64,000 bases of DNA from Psilocybe cubensis (Eukaryota). The notes beneath the pieces are model-generated. The model was not told the DNA's origin and did not search any database. It saw nothing but the letters and a program-made list of their open reading frames with translations. The stretch spans positions 3,162,001 to 3,226,000 of the forward strand of contig CM039005.1 of assembly GCA_017499595.2 (NCBI GenBank), in the 5' to 3' direction. How positions within the stretch are numbered: position 1 is the first letter of the stretch; every line of letters begins with the position of its first letter. Positions 1 through 13,422 of the stretch are shown here, in pieces. The translations under genes were made by a program, and so were the position numbers.

Positions 1-1027
1 CGTCTGGTAATCGAGAAGCGTGAGCGCCACCGCAAAAAGGACGGAAGACTCACCTTCCAGGTCATGCGGCCCACATAAGATCCATAGGAGGATTCAGGGG
101 GGGAGTACCTTAGTTTGATGCTAGCCCACAGAAACTAGGTAGTATCTAATGAAAATTAAAGAATACAAATACCTCGGGACACACAGAATACCTTGATAAG
201 TTTTGAGTACTTCTTAACACTGTCATGAAGGTGGGATAACATAAACATCGCACATCAAAGGCGACATCGTCCAGAGTGAGATAAGAAATCAGATAACACT
301 GGTTTTCCTTGAGCTAATATCTCCGAGATAATCACAACGCACAGTGACCGTGGGACATATTGCTGCGCACAGCGTTTCGGCATTCGGCACTTCGTGTTCA
401 CGGCTTTTTGATCAACATCGATATCGACTTGAGACGGTAACAAGAGGGAAGTAAATGACAACGCCATGTATAAGATATATATATTACCAGTAACTTCAAT
501 TATTTCAATTGGAAATCACAGTATGGGGACTGTGAAGGGACATGCGCATGGTGGACTTTGAGCACCATCTTGACTCTCACTCTCGCAAACGCGCCACCCC
601 ATCACGCCCCATCAATCTCATTCGTGTCTTACTCGACGTCAAAGATGAATTTTACATTGTCAATGATGAACGCGGGAGTACCATTGTCCTTGTATGAACG
701 ACATGGATATTGCTTATTCAGGGAAGATAGTGGCAGCAATGAGGGTGAATCAAAATTACAACCAAAATCAACGATGAAATAAAATAGGATAAAGAGGATG
801 GGAGCGTGCGAGAGCAGTAGAGGGTATGTTATTCATCGACAAGGTACCTGAAGAGAAAGATGAAGTGATGAGGAGGGTGGAGCATAGCGCGGGGCTGTTG
901 AACCTCGACGAGGACCAGAGCCAGCTCTTGATTCAACCGAACTGTTCACGCGCTCGCCTTGCCTCTGAAATTCCTCTCCGGCACCACACTGTGCTAGAAA
1001 TGCTAGAAATGGAATAAAATAAACACC

Positions 1028-2479
1028 TTATCTTGACTTGCAGAAAGCCCGGTAATAATGTTCTGGATTCTTGACTTTTGCATGCAAGATCGTGTCCGCG
1101 CGCACTGTCACATGTACAGCCTTATACACCCTATTGCACTTCACAAATGCATCGGAAAAGTAGGGGCACCATGTATCTTTCCAGTTTGGGTAGCACTGAA
1201 TCTCTCCAGGAAAGAATACAAGGCGTCGAATGAGCACGTCTGCCGTGATTATGTGAAGATTGCATAGTGGTTTTAGGGAAGATAGGTGCTTGTCCCATTG
1301 TGAGATTTCGTGTTTTTCTTGTATGGCGCTCTTGAGGTCATCCTCCGGTGAGCCGAAGGGAGGTGGAAAAGAGTTGAATAATGTTATTTTCAAAGTGAAT
1401 TTTTCGAGAAGCGGTGGTGGATCCTCGTGTTGGAAGAATCCGATGGGTGTTATTGGCGGTGTTTCTTTGTCTATTTTCCTCAAGTATGAGACGGTGAGCG
1501 CTTTTAGATGTTGTAATGAGTTGAAATGGATACGAGGTATTTTGGCCCCATCACCTGCTTCAAAATTTTGACATTCTCGTTAGTCACACACCGCACAGAA
1601 ATGATGTGTAGGACACTCACAGGGTAAGAGTTGTTGTGAAAATTGAATCGTTAAAGATTCTAATATTTTTCTGTTGTTTACTACACATGCGATGAGATCT
1701 GGAAAGCATTTGTATATAGCCAGGGTTGTCAGATGAGCAAACATATCCGGTGCCGGTGAGTACCGCCCAGATATAACCATTGCAATGTTATGAAATATCA
1801 ATTTGCTCTCATATACTCCAGTGATTGTCAAAGACTTTAGAGGAACGGGATTCAAATCAGAATCATAAACCCCACTGTTGAGTTTCCTGTCCAAGTAAAA
1901 GCCGTGTTCGATAGTTAGATGTTCAATGTTGGATCCGAGGATGATATCACACGGCAAACCTGAGCGGTCGTTCACGTAAAGGGCGTTGATGTACGATGTT
2001 TTGATCATAGAGCGAAGTGAAGCAGCTAGAGCCTTGTCGTTGGGCCATCCACGCGGTGTCCTTAGCGTCAGAGTGCGATACGGGGTGGATGATAGTGACG
2101 ACGGGTCGCGGAACAGGTTGTCAAGGATTGTGATCAAGGATTGTGAGATTTGCAATGTGTCATTGAGGATGTCTCTATAGGGCCATGCAATGAGTGAGAA
2201 TGATGTGATAAATGTGTGTACACCGCGCATCCTGGGGTATTGGATAGACTCGGCTATGAGTTTGGCCAGTCCAAGTATACGAAATATAAATTTGCCTTTG
2301 TTGTAATCGGTCGGCCAGTCCATGAACGCAACTGAGGAGAAGCGCTCCCTATGTGAAACGGTGCGATAACGATGTGATAGGAGTGCAATGGATGATGTCC
2401 CCTTGGGATGTGATTGTCCAGTGTGAACCGCTTGGTGGATGATGTGATCGATGAGTTCTGTAGGGAGGAGGACGGGCAT
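1028..2479 (-). CDS. F-box-like/LRR-type hypothetical protein, 2 exons
   Basis: Starts MPVLLPTELIDHII (fungal F-box-like LPxELxxxI motif) followed by degenerate LxxLxI repeats. ORFs 1580-2512 and 1028-1483 are joined by a short intron near 1560-1620. TATAAAAA lies on the minus strand at 2573-2580. Confidence 0.65.
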
Positions 2480-2572
2480 GGTGCCGTGGTTATTGCTATT
2501 GTGCAGGGCCAATTAGTTAATCAAAGTCAATTCGGACTGGACATTGAACCGTCTTATAGCTTTTGACCGTTA

Positions 2573-2580
2573 TTTTTATA
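2573..2580 (-). promoter_or_regulatory. Putative TATA box (TATAAAAA) of the F-box-like gene
   Basis: Plus-strand tttttata at 2573-2580, about 95 bp upstream of the ATG at 2479. Confidence 0.45.
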
Positions 2581-3239
2581 CACTGCGGGCATTGGCCTAT
2601 ATACTGATTAGTTAAATAATAAAATTATTTATTGTTAAAGGTTAAATATAACTTGTGTATTACAAATCAGTATATTCAAAATATACCACATCGTTACTGT
2701 CTCTGCATAGTCACAAGATTAAATTCGGTAAAGTGTGAATTTACCGCCTATTTCCAATGCGCGTTGTAGGTTAGTTAAAGTGTAATTGTAAATATTGAAT
2801 AATATTTGTACAACACTACGATAAAATTACTCTTTTTGGATATCATAGTTATGGGAAAAATATTTAGTGCTCGTGCAAATTTGTCCATCAGGCGCGTCTA
2901 CACCCTTCAGTGTTCTTGTTCTGCATTCAACATCACTCACTCTAGGGCCGGCCAGTACAGTCACACCATTGACCACCAACGACCAACGATGCGGCCCTCC
3001 TGGTACATTTGAAAAATTCTTTTTTTACTAGTTTTTTCAACCTAATTATAATATACACCCTCTAGCTTTACCGCCGCAAGTTCATGATCAGGGCCGACGA
3101 CGAGATCTCGTTGTCGACTCCGCGCCACGTACCAATAATAATAATTTATATGTGCAGGTGATATTCGTGCCACCGTGTCTGCCACATGAATGACCTCAAC
3201 TAACATAAAATTCCATTTGTCATACATATACCCTAGCTA

Positions 3240-4818
3240 TCATCTTGTGCTTGTAGTAGTAGTTGTTGTGCAAATTAACGATGCAATGTACTCAGCTTCC
3301 AAACGAGGCATGCCATATTTCGAAAGCTTGATAGCCACGTTTGACCGATTCCTCTTCTGCGAATCCAGGATTGTCATGATCAACCTAAGGGAACTCGCTG
3401 AATATCCGTGACACTTAAAATACCAATCTGCATCAGCATTGAACGAAGGATAGAACTGCTCCTCTGAGTCGTCGCTATTGGGTGGATCGAAGTAGGTGCC
3501 AACAATACCGGATAGGTTACGTATGTGGCTCCAAATCATGGTGGGAGTAGCACTGGTACCGGTACTGGTGGAATCGTCCGGTGTTTGAGATATATTCAGC
3601 GAGGCAAAGTTCATGAGCGGTGATGACGTGGTAGTACCCAGTCTCTGTCGCTGGGTCGGGCTACTGGGTGATGAAGGTGTCGTTGGTAGTCGGTGGTTTG
3701 CTCTAAGTCCTCGAGACGGAGTGGATGGCGGAGGCGACGACGTTACGGTACCGGTGTTCGGGATAATATTATTAGAGGTATACGTAGTAATAGTGCCTAT
3801 ATAATCGAAGAGCAGAAATTGTGTAAATTAAAAACAGTGTTGCAAGTCAAGAAAATGTCACGTACGCGTATTGTCAATGTTTCTCCCATATTCAAATCGC
3901 AGCGCTGTTGGCGTAGTTGATGGAGCAACTGCTATTCTGCCACCATGGAGGTCAGGATCCAAATTGAACTGACGACCTTGTCGGCTCGATGTATACGTAG
4001 CTAAGAAATTGTAACGTATATGGCAAGAACGGATCATCATCAAATATAAGTAATAAAAATAGGTGTAATCTTACGCATAAGCGGTTCAGGATCTATCTCA
4101 CGAGGAGGAGATACCCAGCGATTGCCCTCTTGCTTGGGCGTCCATATAAACATCGCTGTTTTATTGCGATCACCTCTCAATAACATCCAGGCTAAAGCTT
4201 CATGAAGGTTTTCAAGCCGACGCCAGCTTGCATACGAACGTCCCACAATTATGGACTTGACATCGATACTAACAGAGGAAAAGATGTACGTGTACAAGGT
4301 TGTGATCATGGACGGTCATTAGTTGGAGATATGTATATAAACACCAATGTGTTTGACTTACTAATTTCGATATATTAGGCTCGAGTTTCCACCAGAAACG
4401 AGAGGATAGTACGGCCCATTGAGCTCAGGTTTGTTTGATATGCGAAGAATGTCGGCGTTATTGAGAATCCATTCGACAGTGTCTTCCACAGGTCTATCGA
4501 AACCGATCCCGTTTCGAATGACGGTATGAATATATGAAACCGTATCTGCGTCTGTTTCATTGCTGAAAACAAATCCTACTGGCCATATCGTTTCAACGAC
4601 TTTTCCACTCTCAATGTAGGGACTACAGGGATTATTGTTCACGTATGCAGATGACTGATCAATATAATCGTAAATAGCATGGTCAACTGCACAACTTACC
4701 GGGCACGATGCACACCAGGCTGCTGACCTCCAATAACCGCATAAACACTAGATCTAGAGTGCGACTCAGTGCTATCAGTAACAGAGTTTGAATTTCCGGC
4801 AGAGTTTGAAAAATCCAT
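3240..4818 (-). CDS. Multi-exon hypothetical protein with RNase H1 N-terminal (Cauli_VI/hybrid-binding)-like motifs
   Basis: Exonic pieces VYAVIGGQQPGVH and YYPLVSGGNSSLIY...VKSIIVGRSYASWRRLENLHEALAWM resemble the YAVxxGxxPGIY...W..F....EA..F fold. C-terminal exon ADWYFKCHGYS...GMPRLEAEYIASLI. Internal exon junctions are uncertain. Confidence 0.55.
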
Positions 4819-5133
4819 CCTATCGTAGGGGCGTGTACGTTTGATCAAAGGTGTGCGGGTATCATATCCATAGCAGACTATATAATGGAGTTGTCGATTT
4901 GGACAATTTCCCACTGCCAAGATATCTGAGGCTTAACGAAAATAAGTATCCATTCACTAGGGTATGCTTCTCTCGATCGCAACATGCATGATACTACCTC
5001 GTAGCTTATATAGCTATATCTCGTAGCCTATAGCTACTAGTCGGCTTTAATACGCGTTAACATATATCAGAACCTATCAGAACCCGTAGTTATAATATAT
5101 TATTACCAGCGCCACATGATAGCAGGGAACCTT

Positions 5134-8100
5134 CTAGTCGTCGAGCTCAGGCTCAAAGGGTTCCCCATCCGAGCCATCATGATCAATATCGATATCGGAC
5201 CTCGTATACTGAGTCATTAGCTAGAAGATATATATCAGTTATATGGATATGATAGACGGAAGATTGTAGCCCAGAATGACACTCACTCTATCCAGCGGTA
5301 AAACGTGTAGAAGTCCGGAATAACGTCCCTCAATCAATGGTAGTGTAGCGCAGTGAGAAGTGACCCTTGAAATAGGAATCACTATCTTGTCAAAAATAGA
5401 TTCATGACATAAAAATCCTGCAAATTGTCCATAGCGTCTGTAGGGATCCGTTTGGGCATCAAAGGATTGAAATGATTTGATTTGGAGAAAAATATCGCTG
5501 GTGAGATGGCCCTCCGACCCAGTGTAGTGGTACTGAAATATTTTTTGGATAACCCCGGCTTTTATGTGCTCATGTTCATTGAAGTTGGGTGCTATCTCCG
5601 AGGAGAATATAATTGCGCTGTCGCGATAGCTTGAAGACAACGATGTGGCATAGCGGACACCGCGCGAAGAGACTTGCTCCAGGAAAATGGCATGTCGTGG
5701 CAATTCGTTAGTATAGATATTTCGATCCAATGCATTGCAAAGCTGTAGATAAACTTTGTCGCTGAGATATTCCATGAGACCAGGGTTGGAAAGCTCCGGA
5801 GGAAATGAAGTTGAGTGAGGGTCCAATATACTTGCCAATCGGAAACCACGAGCATCCTCAAGGCTTATGCCGTCCATTATGGCAACAAGTTTTTTTACTG
5901 ACTCGCGAATGTTGGCATTGTCAGACAATAACGCGCGAGTGTTACCACTCCTGCAAGAAGCAATTAAGAAAGTCGATTCTAATTGTCCTGTTTTGAACAT
6001 CATATAAGAAATATGGACTTCACAATCAGTCATAAGGTTGACGTACCAATTTTTGAATTGGTGTTGATTCGGTGGAAAAAATTGATGTATCGCTCATAAT
6101 GGGGCCCGCTATGTGAATGATTGGGTCCAAATAGTCCTAGCATATCTCCAATATGTCGCGACACATGATGAACGGGCTTGAGACGTTGGTCAGGGAAAAG
6201 AGTGGTGATATTTAAGATGTAACGATCAATATGATAGTTGTAGCGTTCAATTTGGTCTGTCGTTGTGATTCGCATGTTCGCAATTCGGACGGCGGCGACA
6301 AGGTCCATGAAATGGGTTAACATTTCACGTTTTCTATCAGATCCTTCTCCCCATAGACGAATCAGAGTTGTAGGAAGGTGAATGGTACAAATGACCCTCC
6401 AGTTATCAGCACTAAGCTTTCCTCTTTGGGTGGTTCCCCAATTACGTGGAGCGCGAGTAACCCATGTAGGAAGTTGTGTACGCCGCATGTCAGACCATAC
6501 AGCTTCCATTACATCTTTACCAAGTACCGCTCGGCGACGGCGCGACGGTGCTGCATGGTCAACAAACGAGACCAGTGTGACGAACTTGTCTGCGTCTTCG
6601 TCAATCTGAGTTTATCATGCACATATCAACATGTACATGTGCCGCTAGTAATTAGCACTTGTGAAAGCAAGCTTAAAATTTGAATCGTACCGTCTCTACT
6701 AGTAAAGAAAATAGAGCCTGCTTAGCCGACCTCCTGCTTTCGTCGATATCATGTTCGATCTCAAGGATCTCACACAAATATCCGAAGATTGCGGCTTTTC
6801 CTTGCAAGTACGCTCTGTTGCGTGAAGCAGCGGGATCGACAGCATCAATGAGATGTCGTATTATCCTTAAAACCAGAACCATGTTAATATTGGGATTTAA
6901 TGGTTCGGGAAGGCTTGATATCGAATTGCCAGACTGCTCCGCATCATCATCGCCGTCCTCGCTTTGATCTGTTGTCTCCGGGGAGCTTTCAATGCTTTGC
7001 ATCAGGACCTGACTATAACGCGAGCTCCGCCTCTGGGTTAGATGTGGCCATGATCAGTCATTACGAAGACGAAGCCAAAACATATACTTTCACGCACCCA
7101 ATTCAATATGTTATTTGCAAGAACCCACCGTGTTCCTATGACTAACGTGTTTCCTGGACCCAATATTCTGTTATCAACACAAATGCGATAAAGAACCCGG
7201 CGTGGATATGTCAAAAGTTGCTCAACCATCTGTCCGTGATTCTGGTGAATTGTCTCAGAACATCTGCGGTGAAGATCCTCAAGGTCTTCAGAATTGATAC
7301 TTGTATCAGGGGGGGGAAGAGGAGAATCAGATTTTCCATCCCCTCCTGCGTGGTTAACATCGATTTGGAAGACGGATCGACAGTGATTTTGCAACATATT
7401 AAGGTCAAGAGCGTGCATAGGATCGACCACAGTGTACAAAACTGGATCCCAATAAGGCAAGCGATAAAGCGGCGACCAGCGTATTGCATACATCCCAAAG
7501 ATATCCTTTCGGATGGATTCGCTCTCTGCATCTTTCCACCTTTGTCCAATATCCCGCAAATGTTGAGAATCTTTTGCTGGCCATTCCCGCCGATCGTGGA
7601 TATGTATATCATCTTTGTCTATGCTGCAGAAGGTGCAGAAATCATGGGAAGTGGATGAGCTTAAACCAGCAACCTGTCTAGCTGCAAGCATATCGCACAC
7701 CATCGGTACAAGCCTTGCCCAAAAAATTCGCCCGTATAATTCCTTGAACGTACGTGAAAACCTGACGCCATGGAACCAAAATTCTAAGAGATCATCAACA
7801 ACTAGTTCCATATATGGATTTAAGTCCTCCTTCGAGGGCTTGTCAGGTCCTGGAATAACCCCAGCCAAGTACATATTCTCCTGGAGATATCGAAGGTGTT
7901 GTGGCAAATTCAAAAGCACAAGCCAAATTCCAGTTGAAGAAACAGTTTGCTTGGCCGTTTTGTTATGGAATGGGTTGAAGCTGTCGACGGACAGGCTAAA
8001 AACCAATCGACCTTCTCCGTCGGGTTCTCTAGGGAAAAACGGTTCACCATCTTTATCTTTGAGATTCTGAAAGGTTTGAGAGCGCCATATATCATCAACT

Positions 8101-9378
8101 GAGTGATTTGGATCATCGGGATTAATGTTATGCTGTATCGGTTCATCCAAAAGATCCTCCATTCCTGGTCGCGATAGCAAGCGTCCAACCCACGATTTGA
8201 GGTCCTGGTGAATGTACTTTCTTATTGGAGACAAATGTGTGGTTCCGTCCGGCATATCCTTGGTCATCCACAATTCGGTGTCACATATAGGGCTGGTAGG
8301 TGTTCTTTTGTGCGTGCATCGTCTAATGAATGGATAGGGTGGATCTTGTTGAGCATTTTCAGGACGGTAAGGGTACAAAAAATGGCAAGATGAGCATGCC
8401 ACATATTGACGAATACGAGGAGTAAGATGAAATTGTCGCGCCAGGGGCCGAGGATCAACCGGCACACGTGGCAAGATTGTCGAGGGTGCAGGAACGGTTT
8501 CTAATACGCTTCTTATCCCACCAAGAAGCGCCCTTAACGCACGACGCGGGCTGAAGTAGACGTTTTCCATGACAAGACAAAGTACTGAAGCAGCTAGCAA
8601 GGTCTGGTTGGTAACAACGATGGGGCGGAAGAATATGTCTGAAGATCAGGAAGCCGTGATGTCATTTTGTCGAGCTCAAACAATGATGAAAAATTGGCAA
8701 CGAGAACTTACTGTTGTTAAAAAAAGGACGAGCCGATTCATATCCTGATCCACCTCGTTGTTGAGACCACTCTGACTGCTTCTCATGTATGAGTGAAGCT
8801 AGAGAATCATGAATATGCGCAATGAGTTCCGTGAGGGAAGCGGTCGAATTGTCTGAATTTTGGCATATTGAGAGTAATTCGTGAAGACGGTTCTCGACGA
8901 GAAGAAATGGTCTGTTGACAATGTCGTGGGTAAGAGAATAAATACCCGTGTTTGGTGTTGAGTTGTAATCATAATCCTGAGGCCATATAAAATCACCCGA
9001 ATCTGCGGGGTTGTTTTCAAATATCAGTGGTCGATCGTAGCTCGTAATAGGTAGCATCATCAAAGAGTCAATCTCTTGTCTTGCGAGATCGATGAAGGCT
9101 TCCCATGATGTACTCCGATTGCTCTCCAAAATTATTGAGGGTCTGCTTGTTCCGGATCCATGATGGTCAGATCCTGAGTGTCTGGTGGCACGAACTTCTT
9201 CACGAACACGCAGCAACACTCTGTCAGCTCTTGTGTGCTGGTCTCGAGTCGACCTAGAAACAAAATGACCAGGTCCTTCGTAGTTTCCAGAAGCAGGGTT
9301 GAAAGTGGTACAATACGACTTGCAGCGACAAAGAATTCGTCTTGGGCGTGTGCGAGGGTTCTGGGACGTGCTTTCCAT
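5134..9378 (-). CDS. CACTA/EnSpm (Tnp2/Transposase_21-like) DDE transposase, 6 exons, apparently intact
   Basis: N-terminal CRCKSYC...H. Motifs LSVDSFNPF, NLPQHLRYLQENMYLAGVIPGP, VCDMLAARQVAG, CTFC, RWSPLYRLPYWDPV..VDPMH, GKLSADNWR and HHVSRH..LFGP..YERY. GT-AG introns join ORFs 8662-9465, 7038-8600, 6673-7002, 6030-6509 and 5239-6033 plus a short last exon, all in frame. Confidence 0.9.
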
Positions 9379-9697
9379 GACGTCTACGTGGTAACAGCTA
9401 GAAAAATATGGTAAAAGCAATCGATATAGAACAGTCCTGTTAATGCTGCCGACTCTTGCCCGCAACCTATGGCCATGGCCAACAACTATATTGAAATAAA
9501 AAATATTACCAAAAAACTGACGAGATTTATTACCCGCCCCAGCGACAGCTCATCCTATCGCCTTCGAGCGGTCAATTTTCATATATATAAAGGGTTATGG
9601 TATTCAGAGGTAATAAAATAGTGAAAATATCAGGCCGAAGGATGAACTAAACCAACAGTTGAGTACTATAAGCCTAGATGTTAAATTATCAAAACTT

Positions 9698-12343
9698 TCA
9701 GCCTGTCAGTTTCTTTTTCTCCTTTTTCGCATGCTCGCGCTTATAAGTTTCCCAGGTCTGCTCCTTGATCCAATTCGGCGTCGAATCTGAGGCTGTAGCA
9801 TTCAATCTTCGCCCCAAGAATGTCGGATGTGAGATACCAGGTGTGATAAACTTCCCGTACATCTCAGTAACGTCATGCCATTTGTCACCATTTCCGAAAA
9901 ACCAACACTGAGACGTCAACAGTGATTGCTCAGGGGTAGTTGAGTGGAAGTACACATCACCAAGCTTAGCAGGAAGGTGTTGTGCAGGAAGGAGGGGCTG
10001 GCTAATCTTTGTGCTCGACAGAGTTTGAAACCAGCGAAAAGTATGAGTGACTCCGGCCTCCTTGAAGGTGGCGATCTCCTGTTTGAGCAGGGTCACTGGT
10101 TCAGATGGCTCCATAGGGGTTTGGTTGGGTGCGTTACTTAAGACAGCAACTGACGTGGGATGGATAGGATCTAATGATTGGACATTGGCCGTTGAAGTTG
10201 ATGATGACGGTACAGGAGCCTGAGGTCCATCATGAGAAACCGGCGTCACGGATGTCTGATTGTGTCCAACAGAAGGAGAGGCAGAGATTGGTTGGGGATT
10301 AGACGTCAACGAACTCATCCCAGTGTTATGGATCCAGGTGCTAGGAGAGGCAGGTGCCTGCGAAATTGACTGAGGTGGCTGCGCATGCGAAATCGAATGA
10401 GGTGCCTGCGAAATTGACTGAGGTGCCTGCGAAATCAACTGAGGTGCCTGCGAAATTGACTGAGGTGCCTGCAAAATTGACTGAGGTGCCTGCGCGTGCG
10501 AAATTGACTGAGGTGCCTGCGAAATTGACTGAGGCACAGCTGCCGATTGCGACATGTATTGGAGTTGTCCTACAACTGGTACAGATTCTGCCAGCGGCAT
10601 TTGATGCCCTACGACGGGTGCCGGCAAAATTGACTGAGGCTCCACCGACAACGTGTTGTATGGTTGGCTTAGAACCTGGGATATGGATACTGGTTGCATT
10701 GATCGGCGCTGCACAGCGGGTGCCTGGGAGATCGATTCAGGTTCTCCGGAGGACATGTAATGCTGTTGCCCCATGACCTGGGAAATGGATTCTGGCTGAT
10801 GTCTGGCGGGCCCTTGGTACACCAAATCGTTTGACACGACTTCAGCCACCGGCGAAGTCATGAATCCTAAGGGCTGACTTCTAGGCTGAAGAAATTGGAA
10901 TAAGGACATTGTTCAAATTGATGGTGCATTACATAAACTTACCGAAGTCGTTTCCGCTTGCGCATGCGCTCTAGAAGACGGGCCAGTGATAGTTTCTGGA
11001 ACAGACGGTGTTCCACGTAAAGCGCTTCGAACAGACATATGAGAACCAATGTCTGGCTGGAGTGAAGCATGCCGCAGAGAATGAAAAGGATCGTCCACAG
11101 GCACGACTGTAGGCCTTGGGGACTGTTGGAGACCAAGTGAAGGGTCTGGACTATACTGATGACCGGGGATTCTTTGTGAGCCGATATTGTCATTCGAGGG
11201 TATTGTGTCGTTAGGCCTTCGGGCATTCGCACTAATGGAGAGATTGTGCAGAGGTAGTCCAAGATCATTGGATGGTATGGTCCGCAAAGGATCCGGAATG
11301 TAGGGGGTTTGTGACGACGGACTACCCACTGGGTGAGCGGCGTTGTTGACATTGCTTGTTCCAAGCCTAGATCATTGTACTCGAATTTAATTTACAGCTT
11401 TTGAAGGCCTGGGGGAAAGGGTACTCACAAGACTTTTGCTACAATACCTAAACCCGTTTGATCACCCGTTAATATGTATTTGCATCCCTGCTCAATGATC
11501 TCCATAGGCACTGTGAATGGCGCTAGTTTGATCAGACCAGTCTGTGGATCGGAGAGGGTGAGCATATCTGTCTCGTCTCCAGTGAGCCGCCCTATCAATT
11601 GACGTATGTCGTCTTTGCGAGGATCTGGTCTGAACAGATAGAACAACCTAAACAGGCTGTCTTGCTTGTTGCGAAGATCGGAAGAATACTGGCCAAAATA
11701 TCGTCCTGAATGTTGATTCTCGCCGTTCGTAGACAAAGCCTTGATAAAGCTACCATATTGAGGGACATGGTCAGCTATTATATATCCTTGAGTTTCATGA
11801 AGACAGTCTTACTCGACGACAGCTGACCCTCGGTCTCCAACGGGGGTAATGGCCCGATCCTCTTCTTTGACCCTTTGTCCACGGTCCCGAATATTTTCAG
11901 AGGCGACATGGGACGTAAGAGTTTTGCGACTGTGAACTTATATGTAAAATAGTCATAAAATTTGGCAAGGACGATCAAACCTTTCTCCGGCAGATAAGTG
12001 ATAGTTCTCTTCTGTGTGCCTGCTACTTAAAATAAAGAAGACCTTTGAACCTGTTACACGCGAATGAGAAAGACTTGATATATACCTGGGATAATTTGCT
12101 CGCATTGAAAGCACTTTGTTCTCAGTAGGGGAGAGGCCGGATATAGGACGTTGAACCAAAGAAAGATCCAGGTCATACAACTGTTAAAAATGTGTATGAG
12201 ACGATGCACACGTTACTCATCGATGAACTAACATCTTTCTCGGGAAATGCAGGCAATTGCGGGAATGGAGGTTTCTTTGAGTTGGGCAGCGAGACGGGTG
12301 ATACTTGTGCACCTAAGTTGATAATATCTTGATTGGAGCTCAT
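9698..12343 (-). CDS. Multi-exon hypothetical protein with P/Q/S-rich repeats and a C-terminal GDVYFH..W..HP..RRL..PNW domain
   Basis: Co-oriented ORFs 11953-12180, 11778-11978, 11425-11736, 10913-11329 and 9698-10909 separated by short introns. Probable start MSSNQDII at 12343. Confidence 0.6.
10353..10535. repeat. Coding tandem repeat, 21-bp unit (ggtgcctgcgaaattgactga) encoding PQSISQA on the minus strand
   Basis: About 8 imperfect units visible directly, with degenerate copies out to ~10800. Confidence 0.9.
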
Positions 12344-13310
12344 TTCTGAGTCGACGTTGTCGCGAGTACTTTGAGAAATTCTGACAAGGGACTGCGGTAG
12401 CGGGAGCGAAATTTTGGCTGGAGATGTACTCGGTTTGATATTTTTTGATCATCTATAGGTACCCTTGGGGAGGTCCCTCAGCATCCGATCATGTGAGGAA
12501 ACTGGCGCTATCTCAACCACATTTAATTTGAAGCCATATAGATCATGATCGACATGCACATTCCGAATCCTTCATGTCCTCACGATCAGCGGCCATTGCG
12601 CGATCTATGAACCCTAGGCTTCATGTCTACAAATGCAGCGATAGTTTTCTTATGTTTCGCACATACATGCGGTGAAACCGCCCCATGATATTGCTTCGAA
12701 TTCGATAACGATTCCACTTGGCCCACTATATATGCCGCTATTGTTCTATGCATGTGTACGCGTGCCAGGCCTAGTACTAGTACGTCGTCTTTATCTCGAA
12801 TATGTCCAAATGGGAGAATTACACGGGTAAGACTGCGAGGTAAGTCCTAGCGTATAAGCGGATATGTTGCGGCCAATCCATAGCCCAAGGTGCGTTTCGC
12901 GGCCAAGTACTACTCATATCACATCGGGACAAGTCCCTTATGTGATATAACATGATTCCGTGGCATCGCGCCGGTACTGAGTAATCGATTGCGCAGTGGT
13001 ACCGGTAGACTAGTATATAGCACATACTAGAAATTAAAGGATAGGCTTGCAGGTTGAGGATCATGATGAGTACCGTAGCACCACATCGGGACATATCCCT
13101 TATGTGACAACTTTGGTAAGAAATCCGCATGGTCGTGTACTCAGAGGTGGAGCCGTGTTGGGGTTGATAGCTAATTATGTAATTATTCACCTAATCCATT
13201 CGTATGACTCATCATAATAATTATATAATTATCGTTGATCAAATTCGTGATGAGACTAACAGTCCACTTTCCATCGAGGCATACACGATAACCTTGATCA
13301 TTTCACCGTG

Positions 13311-13422
13311 ACGCGTTTTGGATTCCTCCAGACGCGTTCCTTCTAGACTCCAGTACGGAACGCAGCCCAACCTCAGCCATTGCGAAGATTACAACGCGTT
13401 GTGGATACCTCCAGACGCGTTC
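13311..13422. promoter_or_regulatory. Duplicated 29-bp unit containing four ACGCGT (MCB-like) boxes
   Basis: acgcgttttggattcctccagacgcgttc (13311-13339) and acgcgttgtggatacctccagacgcgttc (13394-13422), 150-260 bp upstream of the ATG at 13576. Confidence 0.45.

Noticed and set aside
1-1020. Short ORFs and possible minus-strand exons at the window start
   Set aside because: Splice-like signals are present but no coherent or recognisable protein could be assembled.
10353-10535. Short regularly spaced repeats as a CRISPR array
   Set aside because: Units are contiguous with no unique spacers, are in-frame coding repeats, and the DNA is eukaryotic.
12920-13107. 26-bp direct repeat cacatcgggaca..tcccttatgtga, plus small tandem or palindromic runs at ~5000-5085 and 28427-28446
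   Set aside because: Real but short, with no supportable function.
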